Shown here piece by piece: positions 14,618 to 23,979 of a DNA stretch of 28,447 nt. Source of the DNA: a virus (taxonomy: Duplodnaviria; Caudoviricetes). The stretch's first letter is position 1. Each line of letters begins with the position of its first letter. The stretch is from positions 1 to 28,447 of the IMG/VR virus record IMGVR_UViG_3300044216_001692; one strand, 5' to 3'. The notes under the pieces are model-generated. The model ran no database searches, was not told where the DNA came from, and worked only from the letters and a program-made list of their open reading frames with translations. The position numbers and the translations under genes are program-made.

Positions 14618-17600
14618 TTATTGGATTAAGCGATATTGTGATTTTTCTTGTTGGAGTTGAGCGATAGAATCTTTTAGCTCTGGAAACTCTTCAAGCATTT
14701 CAAAGCGAGCCTTGCGACGGTAGGCACGAACTAGGCGTTGTACCGCTTTAATTCTTGGCGATATCTCACCGAGGTCGTCCTCGCTTTCTTTTGGTAGAGC
14801 TTGGTAACCTTTGTCTTTCATCATTTGACGTAAGGACTGACGCATGGTCTTTCCTCCGATTTTAGTTGTGCCTGAAAGCTCCAAGTAACGGTCAAACGCT
14901 TGGCGTCCTTCCGAGTTGTATACGTCGCGCATTTCAAGGGCGTTGTATAGCTTGGTGCTAGGCTGACTAAAGCCGTGCTGTAGTCCAGCTAGTTCTTTGT
15001 CTACAATGTCTTTGCTTTCCTTGTTAAAGTATATCGGATTTAGAACGCCTAACATGTAAGGGCTGTTCTGGTTCTTTATGACTTCACCTAGGAAGTTTCT
15101 GCGCGACGGAAGGGTAGCTTGTGCTATTGGAACTTTCTTGAGCCAGTAGTCAAAGATAGAACGTGTTTCCTTGAGTTCACGCTCATCAGCCATGTTTTGA
15201 ACTTGAGTAAGAAATGTAGGAGCAAAGCCACCAACAATGTTACCAGCAAACGGCTTGAAGTTACCCACTGGGTCACGCACCAACTGAAGCAGTGTATCCA
15301 AGCCCTTAACGTAGGACTTGTTAGTTACGTTCTGCGTTAGTGACAGGACACCTAGAGCAACCATATCTTGACTGATGATGTCTTCTACGTCGTGGTATTG
15401 TTGACCTTCGATGATGTCAGCAAACAAGCCAAGGATTGTAGCAATAGGGTCAGCCCTTTGGTAACTGTAGTAAGTGTCGCCTACTTTGATTGAGTAAGGT
15501 CTCCAGCCTGACATACGCAGGGCTTCAAGTTCGTCTCTGTTAGGTGGCCCACCGCCTGTAATCATACCTTTGTTGGTATTCATGTAGTAAAGTATAGCCG
15601 CAGTTGCCGCCGTGCTGACAGTAAGTTTACCTATAACCTGAGCGCGAACCATTGGGTCTTCACTCGTTAGCTGTTTGGTAAGCTCTGCTCTCTTTGCTTT
15701 GGTTGCTACCATGCCGACACTGCCTAACGGAGTGCGGTCAATAGAGAACTTCAAGATGTTCGTAGGAGTCCGTAAGAAAGGAATAACGAAGTTAAGTGTC
15801 CTCCAAGCTCCTCCTTTGTTCTTCAAAGTATTAAGAGTATTAGACAGCGTTCCAATTACTCCTTCGTTGTTAAGGTCGTTGGTAAACGTTGTCTCCTCAG
15901 CAAAGCCCCTTGCGGCGTCTGCAAGACCACTACGCGTTTCATCAAATGGGTTGTCCTTGAGATACTGGGCAATGAACTCTTCTTGCTCTTTACCAAACTT
16001 TAGTCCTTGGGCTTGTGCCGCGGCGACAGCATCCATGTAGATGCCCTTTTCGTTGTAAGCTCTAGCACCTTTGGTGATAAAGTTGTCGAAGTTCTTGGTT
16101 ACATACTCAGCAATCTCGTCGCCTGACTTGGCTCCCTTTTTCATTGCTTCGTAGGCGAGGTTTGTCTTCACATAAGAACGATAGTTCATTTGCTTGAAGA
16201 ACTCATCACCAAACGCTAGGGCGCGACTAGGAACACGAACGACTGTACCGAGCATATTGATAGCTTTAGCTAAAGTTCCGTCACCGTCTTTTGCAATGGC
16301 TCTAGAGGTCTCCATCCTGTCATCAAAAGCTCTGCTTCCTTGAACAAGTCGAGACTCCCCTGTCATAAATGTTTTTGCGGCGATTTTTACTACATCAACG
16401 ATAGACTCCATATCAAAGGCATACTTCAGCGTTGCTCTGGCTAACTGAGGGTCTCTTATCAATACAGAGCCTACCGTTTGTTCAATAGCCCGTATAGCAA
16501 GAGTTAAACTGTTACCTAACAAGTTGACCACCTGAGTAGTAGGGCCTGAAAGCAAGGAGTTCATCCATACTTCCATAGTGACATCCATAGCTTTACTACC
16601 GAAGGTCTGCTCTGCTAGGTCTGTAGCTTGTTTAATTTTTTCTTTCTTTGCGTTTGCTTTTCCTATGGCGTCAAGTGCCTTTTCTGCATCTTTTTTTGTT
16701 TTGGATTCAGCAAGTAGTTTTACTATCTTTTCAACTGGCATTGTACCAGCACGGTTTTCATTAAGGAACTTGTCATATTCTTTTGGTGTAGCCGTTTTTG
16801 AATCAAATCCAATGCCGCTCTTAATACGATACTTTCCGCTTGGGTCGAGAAGGAACTTACGTTGTACTAGGGTCAGCCCTGCTTCACGTCCCATTAAAGA
16901 CCATATTCGTCCTACCTCTTGCATTTGGTCAAGGGTAGATAGCAACTGTACTTCTAGTTGTTTCTTGTTAAGAGCTGGATTTACTTCGGCATCTCTTGCT
17001 AAGTTTGCGGTGTCAACAACGTCGGCAGTCATTACGTCAATAAGCTTGTAGACCGCAGTCTGTACGTTGCGGTAGTTGCTTAGGTCTATTTGGTCTGTAA
17101 GTCTACCAATAGTAGCCGCGTAGTCTCCTGCGTTGCCTCCTAGTGTATCTATTACATCAGCGTTTTCAGCTATTAACTCTTCAGCACTTACAGGCTTAGC
17201 TGTAGGGGCTTTCTCAAGGTTCTTTGCTATGGCTTGCACTAGGGCAACCGCTTGGGTTGTGTTGCGGATACCTCGTGCAAAGTTAGCTATTGCTCCGTCG
17301 CCGCCTGTCTCAAGGTCATTAGCCATACGAGCAATGCTCTCTTCGATGTTCTGGTCGAGTTGGCGTTGTCCCATCGTAATGTTGTTGCCTGAATTAGTAA
17401 GACCTAATAATTTACTTTCTAAATAAGCAAAAGTTTTGGGGGCTCTACGCGGTAAATCAGCTAGCCCTGTTCCAAGTCCATCTTCAGGAACAACAATAAC
17501 GGCATTGTCTGGTAATTTAGCAAAAGCTTTATCTATAGCGGCTTTATTATCTGCGAGTTCGTCGTCAGTAAAATAAGCTGACTCGTCTCTTCTAGGAGCC

Positions 17601-20557
17601 TTTTTCGTCGGTATTCCTATTGCATTAGGTTCGTCACGAACAATCGCCTGTCCACCCTTTCCTTTTCCTTGTAGGTTATCTCCAAATAAATAAAATTTAT
17701 CTGGGTTCGTCTTTAACACTTCTGGAGAAATTCTTTTTATAGTCTCAACGCGGCGTTGTCCCATCGTAGAGCTATAAGTAAGAAAGTGGATTCTAGACCA
17801 GATAGACTCTGGAGCTTTAGACTGAGAACTAACGTATCTGCCTCTTTCTCGTGCGGCCGTAATTGAGTCAGGCATACCTTGACCTTTTGCTCTTTCAATG
17901 TCTGAGGAACGCTGAGACTTACCTTGTAAACGTATTTTGCCTGTAGTTGGCTCTCCTCTAAGGATTTGTTGGGTCTCAATATACTCCTTTAGGCCCATTG
18001 TGCGGTTCTCTGCTTTACCCCCTCGGCCTCCGCGGTTACGTACGTAACGTGCATAGGCTTCCTTGGGAGTTACTGCGCCTTGGTTGACGGCTTTAAAGTA
18101 ATCCTCAGCATCCTTGTATGGCGCTGTGCCTTCTATCGCACCGTAGGGTCGTGCAGGAGGGATAGACTTAGATTTCGCTTTACCTTTTACTGGCTCTAAA
18201 ACCTCTTCTAAGTTTTGCCGTGATTCGTCTAGTTTACCTTCAAGTGTCTTTCTTTTTGCAGGGGTAAGGTTTTCGTCCTTTAGTTCCTTTTCAAGCTTTC
18301 TGACTATAGACTTAGCTTTTGTTATCATTTTTGGAGTTACTTTTACTTTAGCCTTTGTCGCTTCTTCAAAAGAAACATATGGAGCATAACCCGCTTCAAT
18401 AGCGTTTAGTTCTGCTTGGATGCGGTTCTTTACTCCTGCGGTGAGTGCCTTGTTGTTGTAGCGCATCGCCGCTTTTAGGACGTTAGTAGGTATCTCGGAT
18501 AAGTCCTTACCAAAGAAGTTGCCTCTAACAGGCCACTTAAATGCCCCCATAGTCCTGCCGCGCTCTGGTGTCTGAGTTTTGTCAACTTTCATTTCGCCGA
18601 CTTCTCGTCCAATACGTGGTCTATCTCCAGTATGATAAATAGTGTAATCAGCACCTAGCTCATCTAGCCAATCTATAAATTGACTATCTACGCCAGACAT
18701 ATCGCCAACAACAAACTCCGCACCATTGTCGTGTGCGTTCTTAATAGCTACTTTGGTTTCGCCGCGTAATTCTTTTCCACGAAGTGTTCCATTTCGTGCT
18801 AGCATGATTATCGACGAGTCCTCTGTGGGCGCACCCAGACGGTCTAAAGATGTTTGACTTGAAGATGGCTTAGTTCTTCCTTCTTGAATCTCTACAATAG
18901 CAGAGTCGGCAACGTCGCGCATCGCTTGGTCTTTACCATCTCCCTCACGAGTTCCTTTTCCTCTAGGGTCAAATCCTCCTTCAAACCTCCGTAGCTTTGC
19001 TCCTAAAGTGGGAAGCTCTCGTTGACCCATTGTTCGATTGTTGAGGTCATCAATAGACTTTAGATAATCAAACCCACCATCAAACATAGCATCTTGGTCA
19101 CGAACTAATTCGTCTGTGTACTTAAATACATCGTCTAACAAACTTGCTTGGCTATCGTTTATTCCAAGCATCTTCTTGATGACGTCCATGAACTGGTCAA
19201 ACATCGTTTTGGAAGCCTGATTAGTGCTTGGTATTTCCATTAAGACTCGGCGAAACTCTGGGTTCGTAAAGGCTTCGGAAATGAACTCATCTAAGTTTGT
19301 TAGGCCGTAAGGTTGTCCTACAATTTGTTCTGCTCGCCTAATGTCTTCTTTGGTTCTACCCTTAAATACTGCGTCTTCTACATCAAGAGCCTTTACAGTT
19401 TGCAAAAAGACATCTGCAAACCCTCCGATTGTTTTAAAGGCTTCTTTATTTTGTGCAAATAGTTCTAATTGCTCTTTGTCTGCAAAAGCTAAGCGTGACA
19501 TTTTTACTCCGTCATCGCCTTTTACATTTAAGTCTAATTGTCTACCTATTGATAGAAAATCTTCTTTAATTTTTTGTCCAGTTGCGGCGTGTAGAAGTTC
19601 ATGCACCAAGGTACGCGCTCCTCCTTCATTAAAGTCGATGGCGTGTCTGGAGGGGCTATAAATGGTTCTATCTTTAATGCCTGATTGAGGCCCAAAAGTA
19701 AATTTAGCTGTCTTTAATGATTCACTTCCGTTTTCTATAAGAGCTTCTAGAAGAGGCTTTAACTCACCGCTATATGTACTGTTAAATTGCTTAGCTACTT
19801 CAAGCGCACTAACCTCAGTACCGTCGTCTACAATGCCTTTGCCAAACGCTTTTATAAATGCTTGGTCAACAATATCTCGGAAGTCTTGGCTCGTTTCAAA
19901 GTCTTCGCGGGTTAACTCATCGTCACGAAAGCGGTCATAATTAAGGTCTTTTAGAATGTCCTCGTCGGCTTCTCCAGCACGTTTACGCTTGATGAATTTG
20001 ACACCCATCAATAAGCTGTCTGCTAAGCCACCAATCCCAAGACCTTCTATGGTATTCTTGAAACGTCCTTCTATCTCGCCGTCGTCTTCATCAGCGGCTA
20101 GGAATTCTGTTACTGGATTAGATAGAGAAGGGAACGCCTCTATAAGGTTACTAAGACGTTGCTCTTGTGCTTGGAACACGCTGAAGTCAGCTACCGCTCC
20201 TGCGGCGGCATAACCCTTGAGGTTTAGTGCTTTCTTACCTGCTTTGCCTACCTTGGTAAGTGCGCCTATTCTACCTGCAACACCTGCCACTGGAATGAAC
20301 CCAGTGAGGAACTGTGTGACTCCCTCGCCTAACCCACCTACAAACGTCTGAGAACGCCCTAGAAAGCGTTCGTTGTAGTCTGGCAAGAGGTCGTCCCCTG
20401 TAGCGAAGTCAGCAAGGTCATAGATACCTTGGATAGCTCCTTCAACACCTCTGAAAGGCGAAGCGAGTACATCTAAAAAGAAGTTAGGTTCTTCTTGAGG
20501 ATTAGGGGTAGGCCCCGTGCTACGGGTAGCTGATTTTGCGAGTTCTTCTATTGCCAT
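14618..20557 (-). CDS. gp16: Large internal virion (ejection) protein, gp16-like, with inserted peptidase-like and cargo domains (1979 aa)
   Basis: Position after the gp14/gp15 equivalents and before the tail fibre. The C-terminal half has NSLLSGPTT, DEFFKQ, IPFLRTPTN and GWRPYSIKVGD, typical of large virion proteins of such phages. Confidence 0.85.
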   Translation of the reverse strand: MAIEELAKSATRSTGPTPNPQEEPNFFLDVLASPFRGVEGAIQGIYDLADFATGDDLLPDYNERFLGRSQTFVGGLGEGVTQFLTGFIPVAGVAGRIGALTKVGKAGKKALNLKGYAAAGAVADFSVFQAQEQRLSNLIEAFPSLSNPVTEFLAADEDDGEIEGRFKNTIEGLGIGGLADSLLMGVKFIKRKRAGEADEDILKDLNYDRFRDDELTREDFETSQDFRDIVDQAFIKAFGKGIVDDGTEVSALEVAKQFNSTYSGELKPLLEALIENGSESLKTAKFTFGPQSGIKDRTIYSPSRHAIDFNEGGARTLVHELLHAATGQKIKEDFLSIGRQLDLNVKGDDGVKMSRLAFADKEQLELFAQNKEAFKTIGGFADVFLQTVKALDVEDAVFKGRTKEDIRRAEQIVGQPYGLTNLDEFISEAFTNPEFRRVLMEIPSTNQASKTMFDQFMDVIKKMLGINDSQASLLDDVFKYTDELVRDQDAMFDGGFDYLKSIDDLNNRTMGQRELPTLGAKLRRFEGGFDPRGKGTREGDGKDQAMRDVADSAIVEIQEGRTKPSSSQTSLDRLGAPTEDSSIIMLARNGTLRGKELRGETKVAIKNAHDNGAEFVVGDMSGVDSQFIDWLDELGADYTIYHTGDRPRIGREVGEMKVDKTQTPERGRTMGAFKWPVRGNFFGKDLSEIPTNVLKAAMRYNNKALTAGVKNRIQAELNAIEAGYAPYVSFEEATKAKVKVTPKMITKAKSIVRKLEKELKDENLTPAKRKTLEGKLDESRQNLEEVLEPVKGKAKSKSIPPARPYGAIEGTAPYKDAEDYFKAVNQGAVTPKEAYARYVRNRGGRGGKAENRTMGLKEYIETQQILRGEPTTGKIRLQGKSQRSSDIERAKGQGMPDSITAARERGRYVSSQSKAPESIWSRIHFLTYSSTMGQRRVETIKRISPEVLKTNPDKFYLFGDNLQGKGKGGQAIVRDEPNAIGIPTKKAPRRDESAYFTDDELADNKAAIDKAFAKLPDNAVIVVPEDGLGTGLADLPRRAPKTFAYLESKLLGLTNSGNNITMGQRQLDQNIEESIARMANDLETGGDGAIANFARGIRNTTQAVALVQAIAKNLEKAPTAKPVSAEELIAENADVIDTLGGNAGDYAATIGRLTDQIDLSNYRNVQTAVYKLIDVMTADVVDTANLARDAEVNPALNKKQLEVQLLSTLDQMQEVGRIWSLMGREAGLTLVQRKFLLDPSGKYRIKSGIGFDSKTATPKEYDKFLNENRAGTMPVEKIVKLLAESKTKKDAEKALDAIGKANAKKEKIKQATDLAEQTFGSKAMDVTMEVWMNSLLSGPTTQVVNLLGNSLTLAIRAIEQTVGSVLIRDPQLARATLKYAFDMESIVDVVKIAAKTFMTGESRLVQGSRAFDDRMETSRAIAKDGDGTLAKAINMLGTVVRVPSRALAFGDEFFKQMNYRSYVKTNLAYEAMKKGAKSGDEIAEYVTKNFDNFITKGARAYNEKGIYMDAVAAAQAQGLKFGKEQEEFIAQYLKDNPFDETRSGLADAARGFAEETTFTNDLNNEGVIGTLSNTLNTLKNKGGAWRTLNFVIPFLRTPTNILKFSIDRTPLGSVGMVATKAKRAELTKQLTSEDPMVRAQVIGKLTVSTAATAAILYYMNTNKGMITGGGPPNRDELEALRMSGWRPYSIKVGDTYYSYQRADPIATILGLFADIIEGQQYHDVEDIISQDMVALGVLSLTQNVTNKSYVKGLDTLLQLVRDPVGNFKPFAGNIVGGFAPTFLTQVQNMADERELKETRSIFDYWLKKVPIAQATLPSRRNFLGEVIKNQNSPYMLGVLNPIYFNKESKDIVDKELAGLQHGFSQPSTKLYNALEMRDVYNSEGRQAFDRYLELSGTTKIGGKTMRQSLRQMMKDKGYQALPKESEDDLGEISPRIKAVQRLVRAYRRKARFEMLEEFPELKDSIAQLQQEKSQYRLIQ

Positions 20558-20559
20558 AA

Positions 20560-22902
20560 TTATTTACTGATAAAATTGTTGGTTGTTAGATAAGTGCGTA
20601 TCTGCCCCAGCATAACGTCTACGGTTATGCCATAGACAGCGGCGGCTTTTTGTGCCTCTTCAGGTATAAATGCGTTGTCTTTGTCTGAAAAATAAGCTTC
20701 TACAAGGTTTATTGTATTGGTTATGCTCCCGTCAATTAATATAGGAGTGGTAAGAAATGGCCCTTGAGACCCATAAACACCAGACAACATAATAGGTTTA
20801 TTCAAGCCTCCTCTGCGGTTATAGAGAGGGTCATTAGTAGCATAGCTGTCATTAGCCACTTCATCTAAAGAGACGCCATATAATGAAAGGGACTCTCTGA
20901 CGTTGGCGTTTTTCTCGCTTCTTTGTAGAACAGTATCTTCGTTTGGAAAGTTAACCCTTGCATTATATGCATGTACTAAACTGTTTTTAGGTGCTTGGTT
21001 TACGCCGTCCCTTGCATTAAAAGTGTTATACACTAAGTCTAAGCCTTTTGATTGCTCTTCGCTGTCTTTAAAGAAGCCATTATCTATCGCTTTCTTATAA
21101 GGTATCGCGGGGTCTATTTTGAATATAGGATACATTCGCCCCTGTGTTTTTAGTTCTCTGCTACCGTCCTCGCCTGTTATAAATATCTGTGCTTCCTGTT
21201 TAGCCCTCTTTAGAGCTAGATAATCTTCTTGAGATGCTTGGACTTCTTCTGGTGTAAGAGCTGTATTTGTAGCTATAGCATCGAACGCTTGTTTTTCTTC
21301 AGGACTGAGCCCAGCATCAGCCGCCTGCGTTTGAACTGCTGTTGCTTCAGGGACTATACTTTCTAACCTTGTGTCTAGCCATTTTTGCATTGGAAGGAAA
21401 ACAGCGTCAACGTATTCTTCGTTATACTTATCTATTTTATCAGCTTCAGGTGAAGAAGCATACTTGTCGTGTAGGGCAAACTTTAATCTGGTAAGTTCAG
21501 TTTCAAACTCAGACTCTAATTGGGAACCTAGCTCAGTTGTAGCGAGTACTTCCCTTCCTAACTGAAACTCTTCTGTCCCAATAAGACTAAAGTTGTTTCC
21601 TAATTTACTTTTTAAATTAGAAACAGATAGTAATTCACGGATAGGCCTATCTTTTTGTCCTGTGTGTTGGTTAATAAAATCTTGCTTAGCACTTAGCTCA
21701 AAGACTTTAGAGTTTTCCGCAAACGCTTGCATAAAGTTGTCTAGTGCCGCTACTTCCAGCGGGTCGCTATATTCTTCGCCTTCTAGTTCAAGACTTCGAT
21801 TTACTCGGAGGTCTTCTAGGGTTTTTGTCAGCAAGGCCATTCCTGCCTCTTCGCCCTCTTTAGCTACGACTTGAAGGATGTTACCTTGAAGCGTTGCAAT
21901 AGCTATTTTTGCTCGGTTTTCTTTAAGTGTTAGGCTTCTTGCGCTTTCATTCTCTATAGCGTCTTGTATTGTCTCAATGCGACCACGGGCTTCTGCCGTG
22001 TTAAATATTTCTACGTTTCCTGCTCCAAACTTTCGTCTACCTTGCATACCGTAATTAGCTTTTTCAGTTGAGTCTACGGCGTCTAACAGGTCTTGCGCTT
22101 CGGCGTGTTTTCCTTCTTTTACCAGTAGTTCAACATAATCAAGGTAAGATTTAGTTACGATTGCGGAAGCATCTGTCTTATTACCTACTTCAGCCGTTAC
22201 CGACCCAAGCAGTTGGTCAACGGTATCTTTTATATTTCCTAAATCCTCTAGCTCACTGAAAGCTTTAAAGGCTACATCTGATTGTATTTTCCGTGTAATC
22301 TCAGGAAGCTTATTTATAAAGACTGCGTTTTGTTTTTCAACGAAGTCAGCCTTGGTAGCACTCTTCAGTGCGTTGTTAGCTTGCTCTCCAAATACGTTGC
22401 CTCCTAGTAACTCATCAGCTTCATCATAGGCTTCGTTGACTGCCGCGATAGCCGCCTGTGCAAACTCATCAGGAGTCTTGTACTTATAGGGGTCTTTGTG
22501 AAGCTCTGCGGCGATAGCTTGGAGCTTCGTAGGCATCTCTTCTGCGTAGTATTTCTTGGCTAACGCTTGGTTGTACGCCTTGGTGTAACCAAAGATATTA
22601 AGGCTTTCTTTATCTAAGCCCTCGGTGAGGAACTTATCGAAGTCTTCCTCAGACATAGTTTCTACGTCTGTTGCGGCTTTGTCTTGGGCAATGTTTACTG
22701 CCTGACCATATAAGCCGACGCCTTGCCTCAGTGCGTCAGCTAATTGTAACGCAGAGTTTGTCTTAGGGGTGTCCTGTACCGCTACACGGTAGTTACCTCC
22801 GCTACGTATTGTGGGCTGTAGGGCTACAGGGTTAAGGTTAAGCTCTACCTGCTCGCGCTCATCTGAGGAGCCAAGTAATGATTTTAAAGTTTGTTTAGCC
22901 AT
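20560..22902 (-). CDS. Internal virion protein, gp15-like (780 aa)
   Basis: Size, helical composition and synteny. Confidence 0.7.
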   Translation of the reverse strand: MAKQTLKSLLGSSDEREQVELNLNPVALQPTIRSGGNYRVAVQDTPKTNSALQLADALRQGVGLYGQAVNIAQDKAATDVETMSEEDFDKFLTEGLDKESLNIFGYTKAYNQALAKKYYAEEMPTKLQAIAAELHKDPYKYKTPDEFAQAAIAAVNEAYDEADELLGGNVFGEQANNALKSATKADFVEKQNAVFINKLPEITRKIQSDVAFKAFSELEDLGNIKDTVDQLLGSVTAEVGNKTDASAIVTKSYLDYVELLVKEGKHAEAQDLLDAVDSTEKANYGMQGRRKFGAGNVEIFNTAEARGRIETIQDAIENESARSLTLKENRAKIAIATLQGNILQVVAKEGEEAGMALLTKTLEDLRVNRSLELEGEEYSDPLEVAALDNFMQAFAENSKVFELSAKQDFINQHTGQKDRPIRELLSVSNLKSKLGNNFSLIGTEEFQLGREVLATTELGSQLESEFETELTRLKFALHDKYASSPEADKIDKYNEEYVDAVFLPMQKWLDTRLESIVPEATAVQTQAADAGLSPEEKQAFDAIATNTALTPEEVQASQEDYLALKRAKQEAQIFITGEDGSRELKTQGRMYPIFKIDPAIPYKKAIDNGFFKDSEEQSKGLDLVYNTFNARDGVNQAPKNSLVHAYNARVNFPNEDTVLQRSEKNANVRESLSLYGVSLDEVANDSYATNDPLYNRRGGLNKPIMLSGVYGSQGPFLTTPILIDGSITNTINLVEAYFSDKDNAFIPEEAQKAAAVYGITVDVMLGQIRTYLTTNNFISK

Positions 22903-23507
22903 TAGTTAAATGTGGGGCCTTTATATAGGCTGTTATCAATAGGAACGTTTGGTGTACCAGCGGCGGCTGTGCCTCCTTGGAATAAACCTGCTTGATTAAA
23001 TGCACTGTAAGCACTGAGTCCTGTTTGGGCTCCAGAAAGAGCCGCTCCAAGGTAGTTAGGTTGGGCTATAGGCTTGTTAATCCTCAAAAGATTCATACGA
23101 GAGCGGTTAGCACTGTCTTCAAATCCAAGCTGACGATTCATATTAGCGAATTGCATTTGTTGTTGAACAGAGAAGCTGTACTCTGCTTCTTTACGTGTAA
23201 GGTCGTTAATTAAAGCGTCTACGCTAAGCCCTGCTACTCCTGACTCCCCAGCACTCACACGAGCCGTTGCACGGGCTTCACGGGCTTTTGTGGTAGACTG
23301 TTGGATACGTTGTGCCGCCGCTACCTTCTCTTGTCTTTCCCTGAGACGGGAAGCTGATACCTCAGATAAATAACGCTGTTGCTCAGCAATCGTGGCGTTG
23401 CGCTGGACTTGCTCTTGGGTTTTTGCTTGTTGGCGTTGCCCTTGAATAGTCATGCCTGCTTGGGCTGTACCAAGGGCGATAGCGGCTATTGTTGCTGGTT
23501 CACACAT
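22902..23507 (-). CDS. Internal virion protein, gp14-like (201 aa)
   Basis: MCEP N-terminus, Ala/Gln-rich, GESGVAGLSVDAL motif, synteny. Confidence 0.85.
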   Translation of the reverse strand: MCEPATIAAIALGTAQAGMTIQGQRQQAKTQEQVQRNATIAEQQRYLSEVSASRLRERQEKVAAAQRIQQSTTKAREARATARVSAGESGVAGLSVDALINDLTRKEAEYSFSVQQQMQFANMNRQLGFEDSANRSRMNLLRINKPIAQPNYLGAALSGAQTGLSAYSAFNQAGLFQGGTAAAGTPNVPIDNSLYKGPTFN

Positions 23508-23508
23508 A

Positions 23509-23979
23509 TTATTTAGAAGTAATTACAAATTCAAAAAAGGGATAATTGTTAAAGTCGAGTTTACGGGTGAACTTAGCACCACAAAATTTAAGCCATTTGA
23601 TAGCCAATTTATTCTCCTCGTGTACAAAGTTAAAGGTTGCGCCATAAGGCTTGGTGAGTATTTGTGTCCACTTACGGGACGATTTAATAAAGTCGTATTT
23701 GTGGTCGTTCACAATATCTGTGCCTAACCACCAAATGTACGCTAGGTTGCCTACCTGTCCGACACCAAACATCCCTGCGGGGACGCCATCTGGGTCGAGG
23801 GCGGTAAGGGTAACGTCATCATTAGCAAAGCCGTTCTCTAGGGCTTCCTTGGGAGTATGTCCCATACAGGCTACCTCTATCTGGTCAGCTTTACGCATAA
23901 ACGGATATATCTGTTCTATGTGTTCCTTGGTAGCTTCTACAACAGAACATCTACCAGCCTGTACGTTTAGTTTAGCCAT
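23509..23979 (-). CDS. gp13-like protein (acetyltransferase-like fold)
   Basis: MRKADQIE, GMFGV, IWWLGTD, NFVHEENKLAIKWLKFCGAKF. Likely start MAKLNV at 23979, overlapping the gp12 stop. Confidence 0.82.
   Translation of the reverse strand: MAKLNVQAGRCSVVEATKEHIEQIYPFMRKADQIEVACMGHTPKEALENGFANDDVTLTALDPDGVPAGMFGVGQVGNLAYIWWLGTDIVNDHKYDFIKSSRKWTQILTKPYGATFNFVHEENKLAIKWLKFCGAKFTRKLDFNNYPFFEFVITSK

Noticed and set aside
14618-22902. Lytic transglycosylase domain in gp15/gp16, or an intein in gp16
   Set aside because: I recognised no transglycosylase motifs and no intein splice-junction or LAGLIDADG motifs. The inserts are bounded by TMG motifs instead.
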